From Octopus bimaculoides (lineage: Eukaryota), in contig NC_068998.1 in the NCBI RefSeq assembly GCF_001194135.2, positions 21,847,640 to 21,911,639 of the forward strand: DNA of 64,000 nt, read 5' to 3'. Position 1 is the first letter of the stretch. Every line of letters begins with the position of its first letter. Position numbers and translations under genes: made by a program. Positions 38,954 through 53,135 of this stretch are shown here, one piece after another. The notes under the pieces are model-generated. The model searched no databases. It was not told the origin of the DNA and was given only the letters and a program-made list of their open reading frames with translations.

Positions 38954-39717
38954 TATACGGGTCACACAAACAAAACAAGGCAATAAACTATTAAGTAGAT
39001 CGATAATTAAATATCTTTTCATATATACACTTAAGAGTGGGTTTGAATTTGTTTATGCACTCATCTCGTGTTGTTATTTGCATAGGCAAATATATAGAAG
39101 CACGTAAATATAGTGAAAAACATAGGAAGATACACATATAACAATGCAACCCAATTCATATATATATATATATATGTGTGTGTGTATATGTATATATATA
39201 ATCCATTTATGAATTTAATTAAACAAATGACATAATACATCAAAACATATAACGATAAGAAATATAAATCACCCAAGTATTAAGCGCTATGTCATATTTT
39301 CTGTAAGACAAATAACATTTTGTGTGCTTCCTACATATGTTTACTTTAAATATTTCTAAAACATGAATAAATCAATTAAATTTTTTATTGTTCTGCTCTA
39401 TATAATCTTTAACATATGTTTTCAACTTATTTTCGTGTTTATCTAATAGAATGAAGATTTACTGATTAGAGACAATGCATTCTTTCTATTTTATTCTTTC
39501 TAAATATGTTCATGAAATAAAATTTAATGCCCCTTCGTCTGATACAATAACTATAGATTATTTATAGAATATAATTAGGTTATTACGCGTTAAACCATAC
39601 GACGACTACGACAACAACTGCAGCAAAATCAAGAACAGAAGAACAACAGAACAACAGCAGCAGCAGCAGCAGCAGTAACAACAACAACAACAAAAACAAA
39701 AACAATCATAATAATAA

Positions 39718-39856
39718 TATTTCTAATACAGACACAAGGCCCCGGTACCCAACTTTTACTTATTTTATGGACTTCGAAAAGATGTTCTCAGCGGAATTTC
39801 AACTCGGAACGAGAGGACAGACGAAATACCGCGAAGCCTTTCACACGGCGTGATGT
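39718..39856 (-). mobile_element. SINE type B, decayed
   Basis: acaaggccc..cagcggaatttcaactcggaacg..gacagacgaaataccgcgaagc..cggcgtg is the reverse complement of the type B head and tail. Confidence 0.7.
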
Positions 39857-39899
39857 TTCCTACACACTTTCACTTTCGCAGAAGAGTATTCGTCACATC

Positions 39900-40480
39900 A
39901 GATTTAGAGAAAATGAATATAGTCTTTTCCAATATGTGTCTATAGCCGCTCATATGAATAAAAGTATGCGCATTTGAGGCAGTACTACAATACCCATCTG
40001 CGTATCTTAATGCCCAGACGCTGTTGACACGTCAGTTGTTCCATGAGATAACATTTACTACGGGCCTACTGTTTTAAAAACATAATATCAGAGGCATTCT
40101 ATTAAAACGGGATAATCATGAATAAGGAGAAATGATAAACAACTTCACATAAATATATACATGTAAATAATTATAAAAGGAGAAAATTATATTATGAAGA
40201 GTAAAAAACTTTCAACTATAATAATGATTCCATTTTATGAGGCAGTGCTTCAGAATATAAGTCCGGAAATAGCTATGAAAAATAGTTCCGCACTATCGGG
40301 AAAGCATTCACTGAATTGTGAACAGACTTAAGATACGGGTATGGTAGTATAAAGAAGCGCGAATGATGCGTGTGTGGTATAGATACGATTAGTAAAGTTA
40401 TTCAAAAGACACGTTGTATTCAGCCGTTTTCAAATAAGGAAAATAATCATGCCGATGTGCTATTCAAGCATATCAGAGTG
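39900..40480 (+). mobile_element. Possible very old hAT (Buster-like) transposase remnant
   Basis: PICVS*C, LQNISPEIAMKN..(fs)RTIGK, VCGIDTISKV are loosely colinear with Buster motifs P.C..C, ASYNISL.IAK..KPHTIGE, MCG.D..SK. Confidence 0.3.
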
Positions 40481-40884
40481 TTCTTATACTAGTAATTTAG
40501 AAGCTGTGGCGAAAGGAGTACTGTAACAGCTGATGGTATTTCACAATAAATCAGATAGACGGCAAAAATAGAAGATTTTTTTCGATTATTTGTGCTATAA
40601 ATCTGAGTATTAATCTAATTTCTGACGTCAGTAATTGTTAAGTTAAGAATAAAGATCTGTAGGACAGTTTGGAAAAAAAGACTAGGAAGGTGATAGGAGT
40701 AGACAGATTTCTTTATCAGATAATAGTATTATTAACCATTTTACCCACGTCTATGATAAAAATTAATCTTAGTTTATGTTTTCAATTCATAATTAGATAG
40801 TAACTTTTGTTATTAATATTATATATGAATAGTTAATTTAATACAATATATTCTTAGAAATTAGATTTACATTCGATTACCAAT

Positions 40885-41720
40885 ATGTAAAACTTTCATT
40901 AAGCATTTATATAGAAATGTTTATAAGCAGAGGTCCCCTTCCTGACCGGATTAATTATAATCCCAGAATAGATTTGTAAATTATTCCTAGAGTCATCCAC
41001 AAACTTAAGTGCTACATTCTCCTCGGTACAATTACCATTTAAGGCATAAGCGTTCCTAGATCTACAAATATAGTTTTTCTTTAGGTCTATAGGACCGTTT
41101 ACATAGTAAATATTATAACTTACGGTAAACAAATTTAGGTTTGATCAAACCTTTTAATTTATTTGCCGAGCATTTGTTTAGAGTTAATAGTGTTTGGTCA
41201 CCAGTGCCTACATAACTAATATTCTCTCCTCCCTTAGGTTCAACAATCATATTTTTACTGATTGCAATTATTATTCTCGGTGATTCAGATTTGACGTGTG
41301 TAGTACGAGAATGCATAGTATTCCCTTCCTTGAATTACTGTAATTCTCTATAATAATTTCTGACCAAAGCCCAAATAGAAGCTGCCGTAATGGCGGTGAC
41401 ATTAGGTGTGGCTTTGAATATGAGACCTTAGTTCTTTTTCCATCAAATATACTACTAGAGCTATGATGAAGAGGGAAAATGCTTTCCAATAGTTAGAAAC
41501 AATAACAGGATTGATGTTGAATTCCCAGAGGTAAAATCAATGTGACGTTAATTAATGTCTCCAGCGTCTTTTCGTATACTATCAGGTTTATAAGTGCTGT
41601 TATATTCAATGAGTTGACTACCAGTTGCTGTACCGATATTCGTAGCCATAGTGAAAGTTCTTTGATCAATGGCATCTGACATAGCTTTCCTTCTGGCACC
41701 TTCTCTCTCTTTCTCTCAGA
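40885..41720 (-). mobile_element. Decayed Penelope-like element (RT C-terminus to GIY-YIG start)
   Basis: LINVTLILPLGIQHQSCY (cf. FLDVTL.L..G...PY), RTKVSYSKPH, CRSRNAYALNGNCTEENV..QIYSG; same clade as the 24 kb copy. Confidence 0.75.
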
Positions 41721-42189
41721 CAGACAAAAATAGTGTCGAAAATATATCTGTTTTTGTTCAAGCCGTTGTCATACCGGACGTTTTATTTGAAGCTCTGGAT
41801 CTAGCCTATTTTTCTCTTAATTACAGTCAACTGGGTAATTTAGATTATATAAGGACTTGCTTCAGTTAACAACCATAAGATTTCCGACAAAGCAATATGG
41901 GTTTCTTCTAAAACCGATTTTCCAAGATAATTCACATTTCCTCATGTATATTTTTATATGTGTAAGTTGTTCGTTTCTAATTTCACACTGCATATTACCA
42001 TCTCCTTCATGCATTTCCTGTATAATGGGCAAATACCACGAATTCTAAAGTTGTACGATCACGGTTCACCTACTGTTATCCCACCTTTTTCAATGAGCAC
42101 AGCAGCATCATAACCAATAACTAACCATATGAGAGCTGTTCATTTAAGATTTCCCCTGACTGACTTGCGGTTATTGTATAAAACTGGAC

Positions 42190-43302
42190 CAAGGTGATGT
42201 AACGAAGGCGGTTGATTGCAGATCAGTGACCAGGTTCTTATACTTGAAAGGTCATACACCAAAAGAGTCTTGAGATAAAATGAAAGAAGTTCATGGTGAT
42301 GATGTACCATACAGCGTAGTCAAGCACTGGTATTGGCAGATAAAATGTGGTTGCACATTGGTAGTAACTGCTCCTAATCCTGGACGACCACATGTTGCCA
42401 TTGATGACGAGGCTATCCATAAAATGGAAGCCCTCATTTTGGAGGATCACCGCATATCTATTCTATAACTAGCCCAAAAAGTAAAGATAAGTGTAGGGTC
42501 CGTAGAAAAAGCATTCACGACCATTTGCATATCCGGAAGATTTCTGCACGATGGATTCCCCGGAGGCTCACATCTTTTCAGAAGCAGGAACGAATCAATT
42601 GGTCCCAGGGTTTTTTGGCAATGTTCCAAGAAAACGTGAAGGATGTCTAGGTAGACTTATCATAGAAGATCAAACATGGATCCAACACCATGATCCTCAG
42701 ACTAAAGTCCAGTCGAAGCAATGGAAGCATGATAACTAGCCACCTCCAAAGAATGCTTGAGCCCAACCCTCAGCAGGCAAGTTGATATTCAGTCTTTTAG
42801 GACCAGCGCGGATGATGAATTTTCTGGCAACGAACACCACTATTATGCTTCTCTGCTGCAGAAACTGTAGCACGCCATCAAAGCAGACATGCGTTGCATG
42901 CTGACCAAATGAATTTGTCTCATCCAAGATAACACACCAGTTCACAATGCGCATGTTGCCCAGATGAAAGCACACTCCAACGGCTATGAGATATTTTCTC
43001 ACCGCTCTTACTCTCGAGACACCGCACCATCTGACTTCCACCTCTTTTCCACCATGAAATCCTTTTTGAAGAGGAAGCAATTCGGATGATTGATAATGAA
43101 CCTATTTTCGAGGTAAAGTCATGGCTCCAGACACAACCTATGGACTTGTGCAGACGAGGTCTGTACAGCCCTATAAAGCGATGGTAGAAGTGTGTGACCA
43201 TTGGTGGTGACTAGGTAGAGAAGGACTAATAATTATGCCAAGTTTCGTTTGACCCAATCGCTGGGAAGTGAGTCAGTGGAAATTTTTAATGAAAACCCCT
43301 CG
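42190..43302 (+). mobile_element. Decayed mariner (DD34D-type) with right TIR
   Basis: RSVTRFLYLKGHTPKE..YSVVKHW..GRP..LILEDHRISI..ARWIPRRLT..DQTWIQHHDPQTKVQSKQWKH..QDNTPVHNAH..YSRDTAPSDFHLFS; ends aaaacccctcg|TA. Confidence 0.92.
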
Positions 43303-44007
43303 TATATACATACATAATACATACATACACGCATACATGCAGGAATATGTGAGTGCACGTATATGTGTGGGTGTGTTGATTAACATAATTCTTGATATTC
43401 CAAATACTATTATGCTTATATAACCTAAATCAAACCACATAACAACAAATGTCTTATCTCAAAGTTGTCCTCCAACGGCCTCAAGTGTTGTGACAATTGC
43501 CAAACACAGGAAACGTGTTGGCATTCAGTCAATATTGACTATGAACTATTTAAACAAAAGAGGGCATAGCTGTCAATGAACGTGCCAAATATTTCATTGG
43601 GAATGAAAGTTTTTCAGATTTCTCACAAGAGTATGAAAAGAATATTAAAAATCAAGGTAGTCAAAAGAAAGTAAATTTTGTCATTCAAATTACAAAATAT
43701 GATGCAATAGTAGTTTTATGCAAACACGTTGCAAAATAGGTGTTTTGTTAATTGATCTCAATCGGATTTCTAGTAGATAATGTTTAAATTTCCGTTTTCA
43801 ATTAATGAAATTACTTCGAAATTGAATGTAGTTATGCCAAGTATAATTTTGCAAGTGAATACTGAATATGATTACTAAGTATTCTCGGGTAAATTTCGAT
43901 TTTCAGTCAGCATAAACCTCTTGAAAACGTATTCTCTTTCTAATAGAATTTAGGCCATTAGCAAAAACTAACAATGGCATCATTCAGCTCTGAACAGAAC
44001 GTTTCAA

Positions 44008-44112
44008 GTGCCTTCATTATTAAAAGTGAATTATTTGTGGTCGATAAATTAAGTAGCAGTTGCGTACTGGGGTCGATCTAATTCCTTAAAATTTCGGACC
44101 TTGTGTCGTTCG
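44008..44112 (+). mobile_element. SINE type B core and tail fragment
   Basis: ggtcgataaattaagtagcagttgcgtactggggtcgatctaat..aaatttcggaccttgtg. Confidence 0.75.
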
Positions 44113-45407
44113 AATTATTATCTATTAAATAATGTAGAATACTTATAAAATTTCTTTTGGTAAACTGTAATTTATCTATGTAAATAAACTTCAGACGATA
44201 ATATACATAAATCTTTAATAAGTTTACTTAAATGATTTTCGCGTCTTTATGCTCGAAAATGACCTCGAATACGACGAAATGTTATTTTCATCAGTCTGGT
44301 GCTTGATTTTCGTGTTCACGATAATTAAGGCGAGTTTGGTACTTAAATGATTGCTGTAATATCGAATCTAAATCCCCTAATATTTGCTATCTTAATTAAT
44401 TTTATTCTCTATTTTATTGAATATTTTTCATAGTAAGAAAGTAAGATCACAGACAAGGGAAATTGTGATAGATTTTCATAATTACTTAATTATTAAGTAT
44501 AATATATATATATGTGTGTATTTTAAAATGTTTATTGGAAATCCTGTTAACAACTTTCCATGAAGGCAATATTTTATTTCACATTCTTAACAACTTTGGT
44601 CAGGCCTAGTATTAAATATTATTACTCTCTGCAATAAATCAGTAACATTTATTGTTCCTTGTTGTTGGTCTTCTTGTTTATCAAAGTTTAGAGGAGGTAG
44701 GTGATGAACGGTCGCATCAAATCAAACTATATTACCATTTTTATGAGTAAATCAAAGGCAAAAAAGAAACATTTTAATACTTAGTTATATATAATATAAC
44801 TTACAATAAGAAATTTTATTGAATATAAAAGCAATAATTATATTAGATTAACATTTTTCGATGTAATTTTTCAAAGCTGGAAAGTTAATAATTTGATAGT
44901 TATTGAGAAATCTAAGTGCTAATAAAATATAACCAACAGATAAATAATGGAATCTGTAGACAATTCAAATAGAATAAGTCATAAAACAACAAAGTTCACT
45001 TTTTGAAGCATTTTTAATTACAATTTCTTTCATTATGCATATACATACACACACACACACCCACACATATCTATACACATACATATACATAAATATATAT
45101 GTTTGCGTGTTTGCGTGTTTCTGTGTATAAGTGTCTATGCATACCTATAGCCCATATAGGTAAATATGCGCATGTGCTTATATATAAAATATATTTATAC
45201 ACAAGTATATGTAAAGATATGTTTGAATGCATATATATATATATANNNNNNNNNNNNNNNNNNNNNNTATATACACGAATAAAAAGTAAACTTCAAGAAA
45301 GTGATTGCACTTAATATATATTACAAAAAACGTACACTTTGGACAAGCGACAAAATATAGATGGAATATTACTTGCAATTTTCTGTTATTTTCTAGTTCC
45401 CTTCATA

Positions 45408-45950
45408 CGAGAGGTGTTGCACATGAAGCCAGCCCCTATTTTATCACGTATCTTAAAATGACACAAATCAGGTCTTTTGCAACTTACTTTTAAGTCTATT
45501 GTCTCCTAATTTCATGAAATGTCAGTACGTTTCACACGAATGATCTCATTGTTTTACGCATTGTAAGAGTATCTTGAATTTCGTACGTACTGGATGCTAT
45601 TACTAAATTTTCCTTTCATTCCTGAATTGTATACGTGTTTCCTAAGAATCGATGATAAATCAGCTAGTCACTAAAGTATCGAGAGAAGTGTGAAAGACAG
45701 AGGTTCGTGCATGTTTCTTCCTGCAGAAATCGATATGCCATCATGGATTTTAAATACCGAGAAAATAGTGTACTTTTGTTATGATCATTGCTTTGAAAAC
45801 CCTGAGGGTGTCTCTATGCAAAATACGCGGTTCGCAGTAGTGTACTTTATAGAACCTATTAAGACTAAATACGCAAATATAAGCACCGATCTGCGACAAT
45901 ATGTGCGACAAAACTTTAAAGAGAACCTGTTGCATTGCTGAGACTGAACG
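45408..45950 (+). mobile_element. Possible mariner 5' remnant
   Basis: TA|cgagaggtgttg TIR-like start; decayed frame MDFKYRE..KP*GCLYAKY..SSVLYRTY*D*IRKYK resembles the mariner N-terminal HTH. Confidence 0.35.
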
Positions 45951-47271
45951 GTCTGGTTGCTTCTAATTGACAAGACGCATTATGAACCACATATATCCTA
46001 GAATCCCCGTGCGCCAATGACGTGAGTGTGTTGAAAACACCCGTCGCAAAGTAGAGATGTTAGTCTTCTATGACGTGCACTACAGCACCTAGCATATAGT
46101 GTGTCTATATGTGTCTAGACGTATTAAAAGTAAGTACGCAAATATTTGCAGATAAGTGTTACGGATATTGTAGTTAAATGCCATGGCTACTGTAGGTTTC
46201 ATGCAACTCCTAGAAAGATCGAATCTAAGTCGCATTTATATGTAATATCTGACGAAACTTTTCTCTTTTTAGATATTATCTCTCAGTAAAATAAAAATTG
46301 ATTATATACTTTCTTACAGAAAGTGAATTTTTGAGCACCAGTTTCAGATTCTTCATAATTTTCCAAGTTGGTTTTCTCAAACCTTTCAATATCCCCGAGA
46401 ATAATTGTATTTAAGACTTTCGCTATTTTCCCATAAGAAATAATGAAATGTTTTGGAACACGTAATCCATTTGATTATGTTATCTATATATTTGGATGGT
46501 GGAAGGATTTACCTTAAGTATATTAGCTAAATAAATCAGCTAACAGTCACCCAGTGTTTGTAATGATTTATCAGAATGAGTTTTAATCCTGATAAGGATA
46601 TACAGTTGAATGCTAATGATATATTGTCGGGACATGATTTATCAGTTGAAAAAATATGAAAACATAAGACATTCATAAAACAAAGCTAACAGTCTATTTA
46701 CTAAGGTACCAATTTCATATTACACGACTACATTTAAAGCCAAGTGATCACATGAATATTTGAAAATCTTTGTATCTGGACATTCAAGAGTAGACACCAA
46801 TTTAAAGTGAAGATGGTTCAGCACGAGAATATGATTAGAGGGGGGGGCGGTTTTATCTGGCGGGTTTGGATATTGTAGCATGCAATTTCGTAGAGTTGTT
46901 TTAGCAGTAGGAAAAATTAATTTTGAAGATAAGATGGAATTAATATTTCTAAATCATTTCAACATTTCCTATTGCATGTGTACTGCTCATTCAGTTAAGC
47001 GACCATTATTCAAACAAGGTAAAATTTGCGGTAGGTAACACCAACTGATGGGGTCTAAGGTGAAATATGCGACATTGCCAGCATTTGCCTAAACGCTGTA
47101 TCAGCTATAGAGGAGGATGTACTGGTAAAAGTTTCTGTTGGCATTTTCGTATCAAGGATTCTTTATTTGTATAAATGTCAACAGTAATCGATGATTTAAT
47201 ATTACTGATAAAGAAAGTTGTAAATGATTATTTTCTATGTACCCTGTGCACGGCGTTGTTATAGATATATA

Positions 47272-48463
47272 CATATAACCATGACAGAAGTAAAATAGAC
47301 ACCCTGTAAAACATAATTTTATGTTGATTCTAACTTGTAAAGGTTTATATATTTTTTTTACTAATTGACATTTTTATATTTCAGGTTGTATATGTGACTG
47401 TTTAATCATACCATATACAAAAGAAGCCTTGGAAGTGTCTGAATTTCAAAGAAGCCATATTCTAGGTCTTTCTGAAGGTGGACATAGTCAGTGTAAAATC
47501 GCAGTTAATAGTGCGATTGTGCAATTCACTAAAGAGTAGAAGTTCACATCACCTCACCCAGATCAATCAGAGCTCTCTGACTGGACCCTTCTTTTTGTTA
47601 AGAGACGTGGTGAGGATAATCCTCGTTGCAAGACCTCTGATATAGCAGAACAAGTTGGTGTCAGTCCCAGAAACAGCTGTCAGTTGTCTCCCGAAACATG
47701 GGTACTATGGCAGAGCAGCAAGAAGGAAGCTACTTCTACCAGCCAATACCAAGCGGAGAAAAGATTGTGCCAGTGAGATGGCAGAAAGGTCACTAGCATC
47801 TCGGAATATTGTTATAGCCTCTGATGAGTCCAGATTTGCTGTATTTCGGGACAGTGGTCGAGCGTGGGTTGCAGCCAACAATGAAACACGGCAGATATTC
47901 TGCGATGGTCTGGGGAATAATTTGGAGCAATGATCGATCAGAGCTGGTGGAGCCTGAGGGAAAAACAAACTCTGATACATATGTGTCCATATTGCAGAAA
48001 GGACACCTTCCCCTCTTTTCCAATGGTGAAATGTTTAAAGAAGACTCTTTATTTCTAGAAGATGGAGCTCCTTTTCACACGACTGAAATGACCTTAGATC
48101 TGTTGGATGAGAATGGCATTCAGAAGCTTCCATGGCGAGGCTAGCCACCAGATATCAACCCTATTGAATACATCTGGGATATGATGGACAGAACACGTCA
48201 TAAGAATACAAGAAATCATCTTAAAAGTCAGATCTTCTGCGATTACTGCATGCAACTTTGCAAGAAATTCCGCAAGAAAATATCCGCCAGTTGATCAATA
48301 TCATGCTTAATGGGTTCCTTGCACTGAAAAATGCAAAGGACATGCCTAGTAAATATAAATATTAGAATTATAACGATTAATAAATAATTCGAATGTACAA
48401 TTTCAGATTTTATATAAATTTTAATTATTATAAGGGTTTCTATTTAATTCTTTCATGTTTGTG
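47272..48463 (+). mobile_element. Full-span Tc1 DD34E transposon with about 33-bp TIRs and TA TSDs; inactivated
   Basis: TA|catataaccatgacagaagtaaaatagacaccc and gggtttctatttaattctttcatgtttgtg|TA. SEFQRSHILG..ASDESRF..MVWGIIW..LEDGAPFHT..W.G*PPDINPIE, with 34 residues counted between the second D and E. Confidence 0.93.
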
Positions 48464-50852
48464 TATAACAGTGGGTCTTATCATCTGTATAGGGGTGTGA
48501 GATACTTAAGGTGATGCAAAAGAAGTCACCAATGCTTGAATATACAAAAAGTGAATTTGGGGTATACTTCTTAAAATATTTTAATATACTATGTCATTGG
48601 AGTGGGTGGAAGCTGTAAGTACCCGATGTGCAAAAAGTTATTGTGTAAAGTATGAGTCATTACACGTGCAACTTTCTCAAGAAACTCCTATATTATTCAC
48701 AGTTGACCTTTTAATGTTTTTTTTTTGTTTCTGTAATCTTTCATAGACTCCTTTGTACAACTACAAATGGTGTGCTTGGAGTGCAATGACCTAAAGAGAG
48801 TAATTGAGTCAGTAATATACTCTATTTTCTAGGTGGTTTACTTGACGACAGTAGAAGTAATAGGTTACATGGTTACAGCTGTAGTATATCAGCAATTTAA
48901 AACATGGATTTTAAGATAAAGGAAAACAGAAAATTTTAGTTTCTGTTAATAGGTTACTAAGAAGAATTGCATGCACTTTTATAAAGCTTCTGCGATCTAT
49001 GGGAGGGAGCGGAGAGATACCTGAAAACTGATGACAATACTATAAAATCGTTCCACAGCCTGGAATATTGGAATTCAAATTGCCCCCTAGAAGCCAGATG
49101 TTACTGTCGGGAATCGATGAACTACAAAATGAATTAGCTGTTCTGTCGACAAACGTTCTCATATATTCTGCATGCAAACTTCCATTCACAATAATTTGGC
49201 GCAATATATATAATGTATGTATATGTATGTGTGTGTGTTTGTGCCTGTGTGTGTTTGTGCCTGTGTGTGTTTGTGCCTGTGTGTGTGTGTGTGTGCGTGG
49301 TTATGTGTGTGTATGTGAGTGTTAGAAAATACCTTAAGTGTCACAATGTCAGATCAAAATATAAAGTGATTCTACGGAAGAAATCGCAAAGAAAGCGATA
49401 ACATAAATAAATGTAGTTTTCCCAATAATTTGAGCTGAGAATCAATACCTAAATTATACTTTATATATTATAAATAAGATACAACTTATGTCAGAGAACG
49501 TATTATATATTACCAATATTTATCTAAATATTCTGAGCAACCAGTGTTATAAATATTTGATAATCGCCATAGTCATGTTTGGTCAGATTTTATGAGCCGT
49601 TTTTTCTTATTTTTTCTTTCCTTGTTTTTTCAATGTTGTAAAAACAACATTGACCTGTGATATATATCTGTGCAACGCTAGGTTATTGCAAATTATTTAA
49701 TTCTGAAAGCTCAGAAGAAATGACGAATAAAAATGGAAGTTATATTGTCAAATACTGAATGGTAGTACATGTTTAGATTTACTTCCTTTAATATAATTGT
49801 ACAAACAATTCAGAAAGAAAAAAAAAATCGGCTTTTATTGATTAGGCATTGTAAAATTATACCATACAAAAGCAGGCATATTATTACAGAGACAATATTT
49901 CATAGAAATTATTGCAGTAACTGTTTAATTATGTTTTCATAAATATCATACTAAATTAACATCCCAGTTGATTTGTTATCGCAACAATTAATTCAATATA
50001 ATTCATTTATACACACAGTTTCTCAAATTTAAGCATTAATCAATGTATTAATAGAAATACATAGCAACACAAATAGACTTTCAATTTGATTGCTGGCAGC
50101 GATGTATGTTAATTCCTTTCAGGCAATGTTAACACCTAACCCATACTGGATAAAAGCAATATGTCTGTCATAATGTGAAAATTGTTTGAAACCTTTTTTT
50201 TTTAATTTTAACAAAAATGTTAAGGAAAATATTATTTCTCAGTAGAAGTAGAAAATAGTGAATATTCATTTTATGCATTTATAGCTTGCATATTTGGAGA
50301 ACAAAATAAAGTAATTTACCATAATGTAAACACATTTTAATGAATTATATCTTGATTATATCCTTTTAATATCGATATCACGCCGAGGTCAACTTCTCCT
50401 TCACCCTTCCAATAATAAAAAAAAGACAAGTTTTGGCATTACTTTCTCTCTGTCTATCAGAATCAGTTTCGCTACACTGTAAGAGAAACATAAAACAATA
50501 TACTAATGGTAGCTTGGTTAGACTGGGACACTTGTACGCAATAATGTATAAACCACAGAATTGACATTGTACCCTATATATTATTCTCTCATTTCCTTCA
50601 TACTTTCAATTAACTTTAATTACAGTGAAATTATAGATGGTACATCCTGAGTAAAAATAGTAACATAATACATTTTTCATTGATATTTACTACTATATCA
50701 TGATGAATATTTTCTAATAGAAAATAAGTTCATCTATTGATTTTTATATTGAATATTGCATTAGATAAATTAAATGCATCATTGTCTTGAAAATTTCTTG
50801 GGTATAATATTTTCAGATAATATTTGGAATATGTAAGAAACTATTACACATA

Positions 50853-51719
50853 TTGGATTGCCAGATAAATTCGTTCATTTTTATCCATGTATTTCAATCC
50901 TTATTTTTCGTCAACAATTTTAACCCGTCGGTCAGCAGTATATTCTTCTTCATTGTTTGAGACATTTTGCCAATGATCTAGCTTGTCACTACTTTCACAG
51001 TAGAATCTCCACCTCTTAGCACCAAAAATTCGTGTAGCCACATTTTCAGCTCCTCGTCGTTGTTGAACGAAACGCTTTGCAGCTTGTTGGAGAGCGACCG
51101 AACAATATAAGAATCTGATGGTGCTATATATCTGGAGAAGCCGGGCACAGTAATACTTCGCAACCGAACTCTGGATAGCACTTTTATTCAAATTACCGAC
51201 GTTGGGTGGAGCGTTGGCGTGTTGAAGAAGCTCAGTGTGTCATCAGTCCGATCGTTTCAGTTGGATTTTATAAACATAATGCTTTGCATTGACCATGTGA
51301 TAGTTTCCAGGCTTTTTAATTGTAAATTAAATCTTCCCAATCACACTAGAGCAGGCCGTATCTTCCATAGATGCAATTATGGCTTTAAATGTGGTGCTTA
51401 TTGATTTTGGAGATTCATGCATTCTTTACCCTGATTCATATTGACGTAAATATATCAATCTCTGTGTTTATGAATGTCGAATGAACAACCTGGTGGCGAC
51501 GGGGAAGCGCTAGGGATTGTCTCTTTCATTCAGAGTGGGTGGCACGCATGCTTCGTGCTTTGAGACCTTAACCATCGACTGAAGATGAGACGACGGGCGA
51601 CATGAGAGTATCTCAGTTACTGCACTAATTCTGAAGTGAAGTGGGATTCATCTTCGTGGATGAGCGCCTTCAATCACATAAAATTAGCAAGAAAGTAACG
51701 TATTTATCTGATAACCAAA
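50853..51719 (-). mobile_element. Internally deleted mariner with both TIRs and TA TSDs
   Basis: TA|ttggattgccagataaattcgttc and gtaacgtatttatctgataaccaaa|TA. HANAPPNVGNL..PGFSRYIAPSDSYIVRSL..SFNNDEELKMWLHEF..HWQNVSNNEEEY; the middle of the transposase is missing. Confidence 0.88.
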
Positions 51720-52084
51720 TACTTATACATTTCTAAATATATATACATAGCTTGATTATATTCATTAGACTTTAGTAATATTATAAACATATGATTCAGT
51801 TGGAATAATTCATCCGGGAATTAGCTGAACTGTAATAAAATTGTTTTTAAACATAAATGATTTTAAAACGATCTTGTGGAAACTTTCCACGTTTATGAAC
51901 ATCCCAAACGAATGGGATGTTCATGTTTCTATAGGATAACAGTAGAAGACGAAATAAACAATAGCTATAAGTTCAGCAACTCACATACTAACTATGACAA
52001 ATAACCATTGAATTTTGTAATGAATTATTTTGCAAAATCCTATTAACAGGCCAGTACTAAATCCTGAAATTAGGAGAGTACCTA

Positions 52085-53135
52085 CTTAAATGGTAGCATC
52101 TTAGGTATTCCGCAAGCTTGCAACAAAATATTCTCCACTATAAGCTTTCACAGTGCTGTTTGAAATAGGTAATAACTGTCCATAAGACAAGCGTAAAGGT
52201 TTCATTGCTTCGTTGGTTAATTGTTGATGGCAAAGAAAGCACATTGGTAACTGACAGTTCTCAGGAGAGGGAATAAATCCAAATGATAAAGAATCATTAC
52301 TGTATTGTCGACAAATTTTCTTGACTGGCGGCATCAGTAAAGTGAAGATGTGAAAACAAATTTCTACGGACGGCGTTAGAAAGGCAGTATGGTATTCGAT
52401 AATACGCATCTAATCCGTTTGGCTGCCAGCATTTCAAAAATTAAAATGTATCGAAAAGTTTAAAATTTGGTACATTAATGTTACTTTCCAAGCTAAATGT
52501 CTGGAATTATACAACTTTTTCCAGAAAACTGTTTTTATAAAGTAATAGAGGTTTAGAGTTTAATCATTTTAATCCAGTCATGAACACGATTTCAAAGCTG
52601 TCAACTTGTGCGTGACTGCACATTTTGTCAGCATCCTGAAAAAAGCACTTGTGCTTTGATACGATACCATAGAATTACCCACGACATATAACTCCTCATA
52701 ACTCTATTACTTTTTGGAGTTTTCGGAAAATGTTTCCGAATTTGTATATGCAGGACTTCATACGATTATGCCAAAAAAATCTAAAAAGAGTTGTGTTGGG
52801 GCATGATTTAAGGCCTAGGCCTATTTGGCTGCAAATTTCAGCACATATGACAACCATCTCAATGACTGTGTGTCAAAAATATTTCATCGATAAACAAGTC
52901 CGCTGTTTTAATAGAAAGGGACGATTCATGCGAGCAGTCAAATCGATAAAAGTGCATCCTTATTCTGGGTATGCCTAGATATAAGTATTGGAGAGTTAAT
53001 TTCTAAAAATTCTTTGTTCCCATCGCCCACCAAAATCTCAAATCGCTCACCATTTTTTTTTAAATTCGCCCATTGCCCGCCTGTAAGCTACAATCGCCCA
53101 CCGGTGGTCGAATGGGCCCACTTTGAAGAGCTATG
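52085..53135 (-). mobile_element. hAT (Buster/Charlie-like) 5' end with transposase N-terminal BED-finger region
   Basis: KKICRQYSNDSLSFGFIPSPENCQLPMCFLCHQQLTNEAMKPLRL. Terminus catagctcttcaaagtggg (minus) with clustered cgcccac subterminal motifs at 53020-53120. Linkage of terminus and ORF is inferred. Confidence 0.7.
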
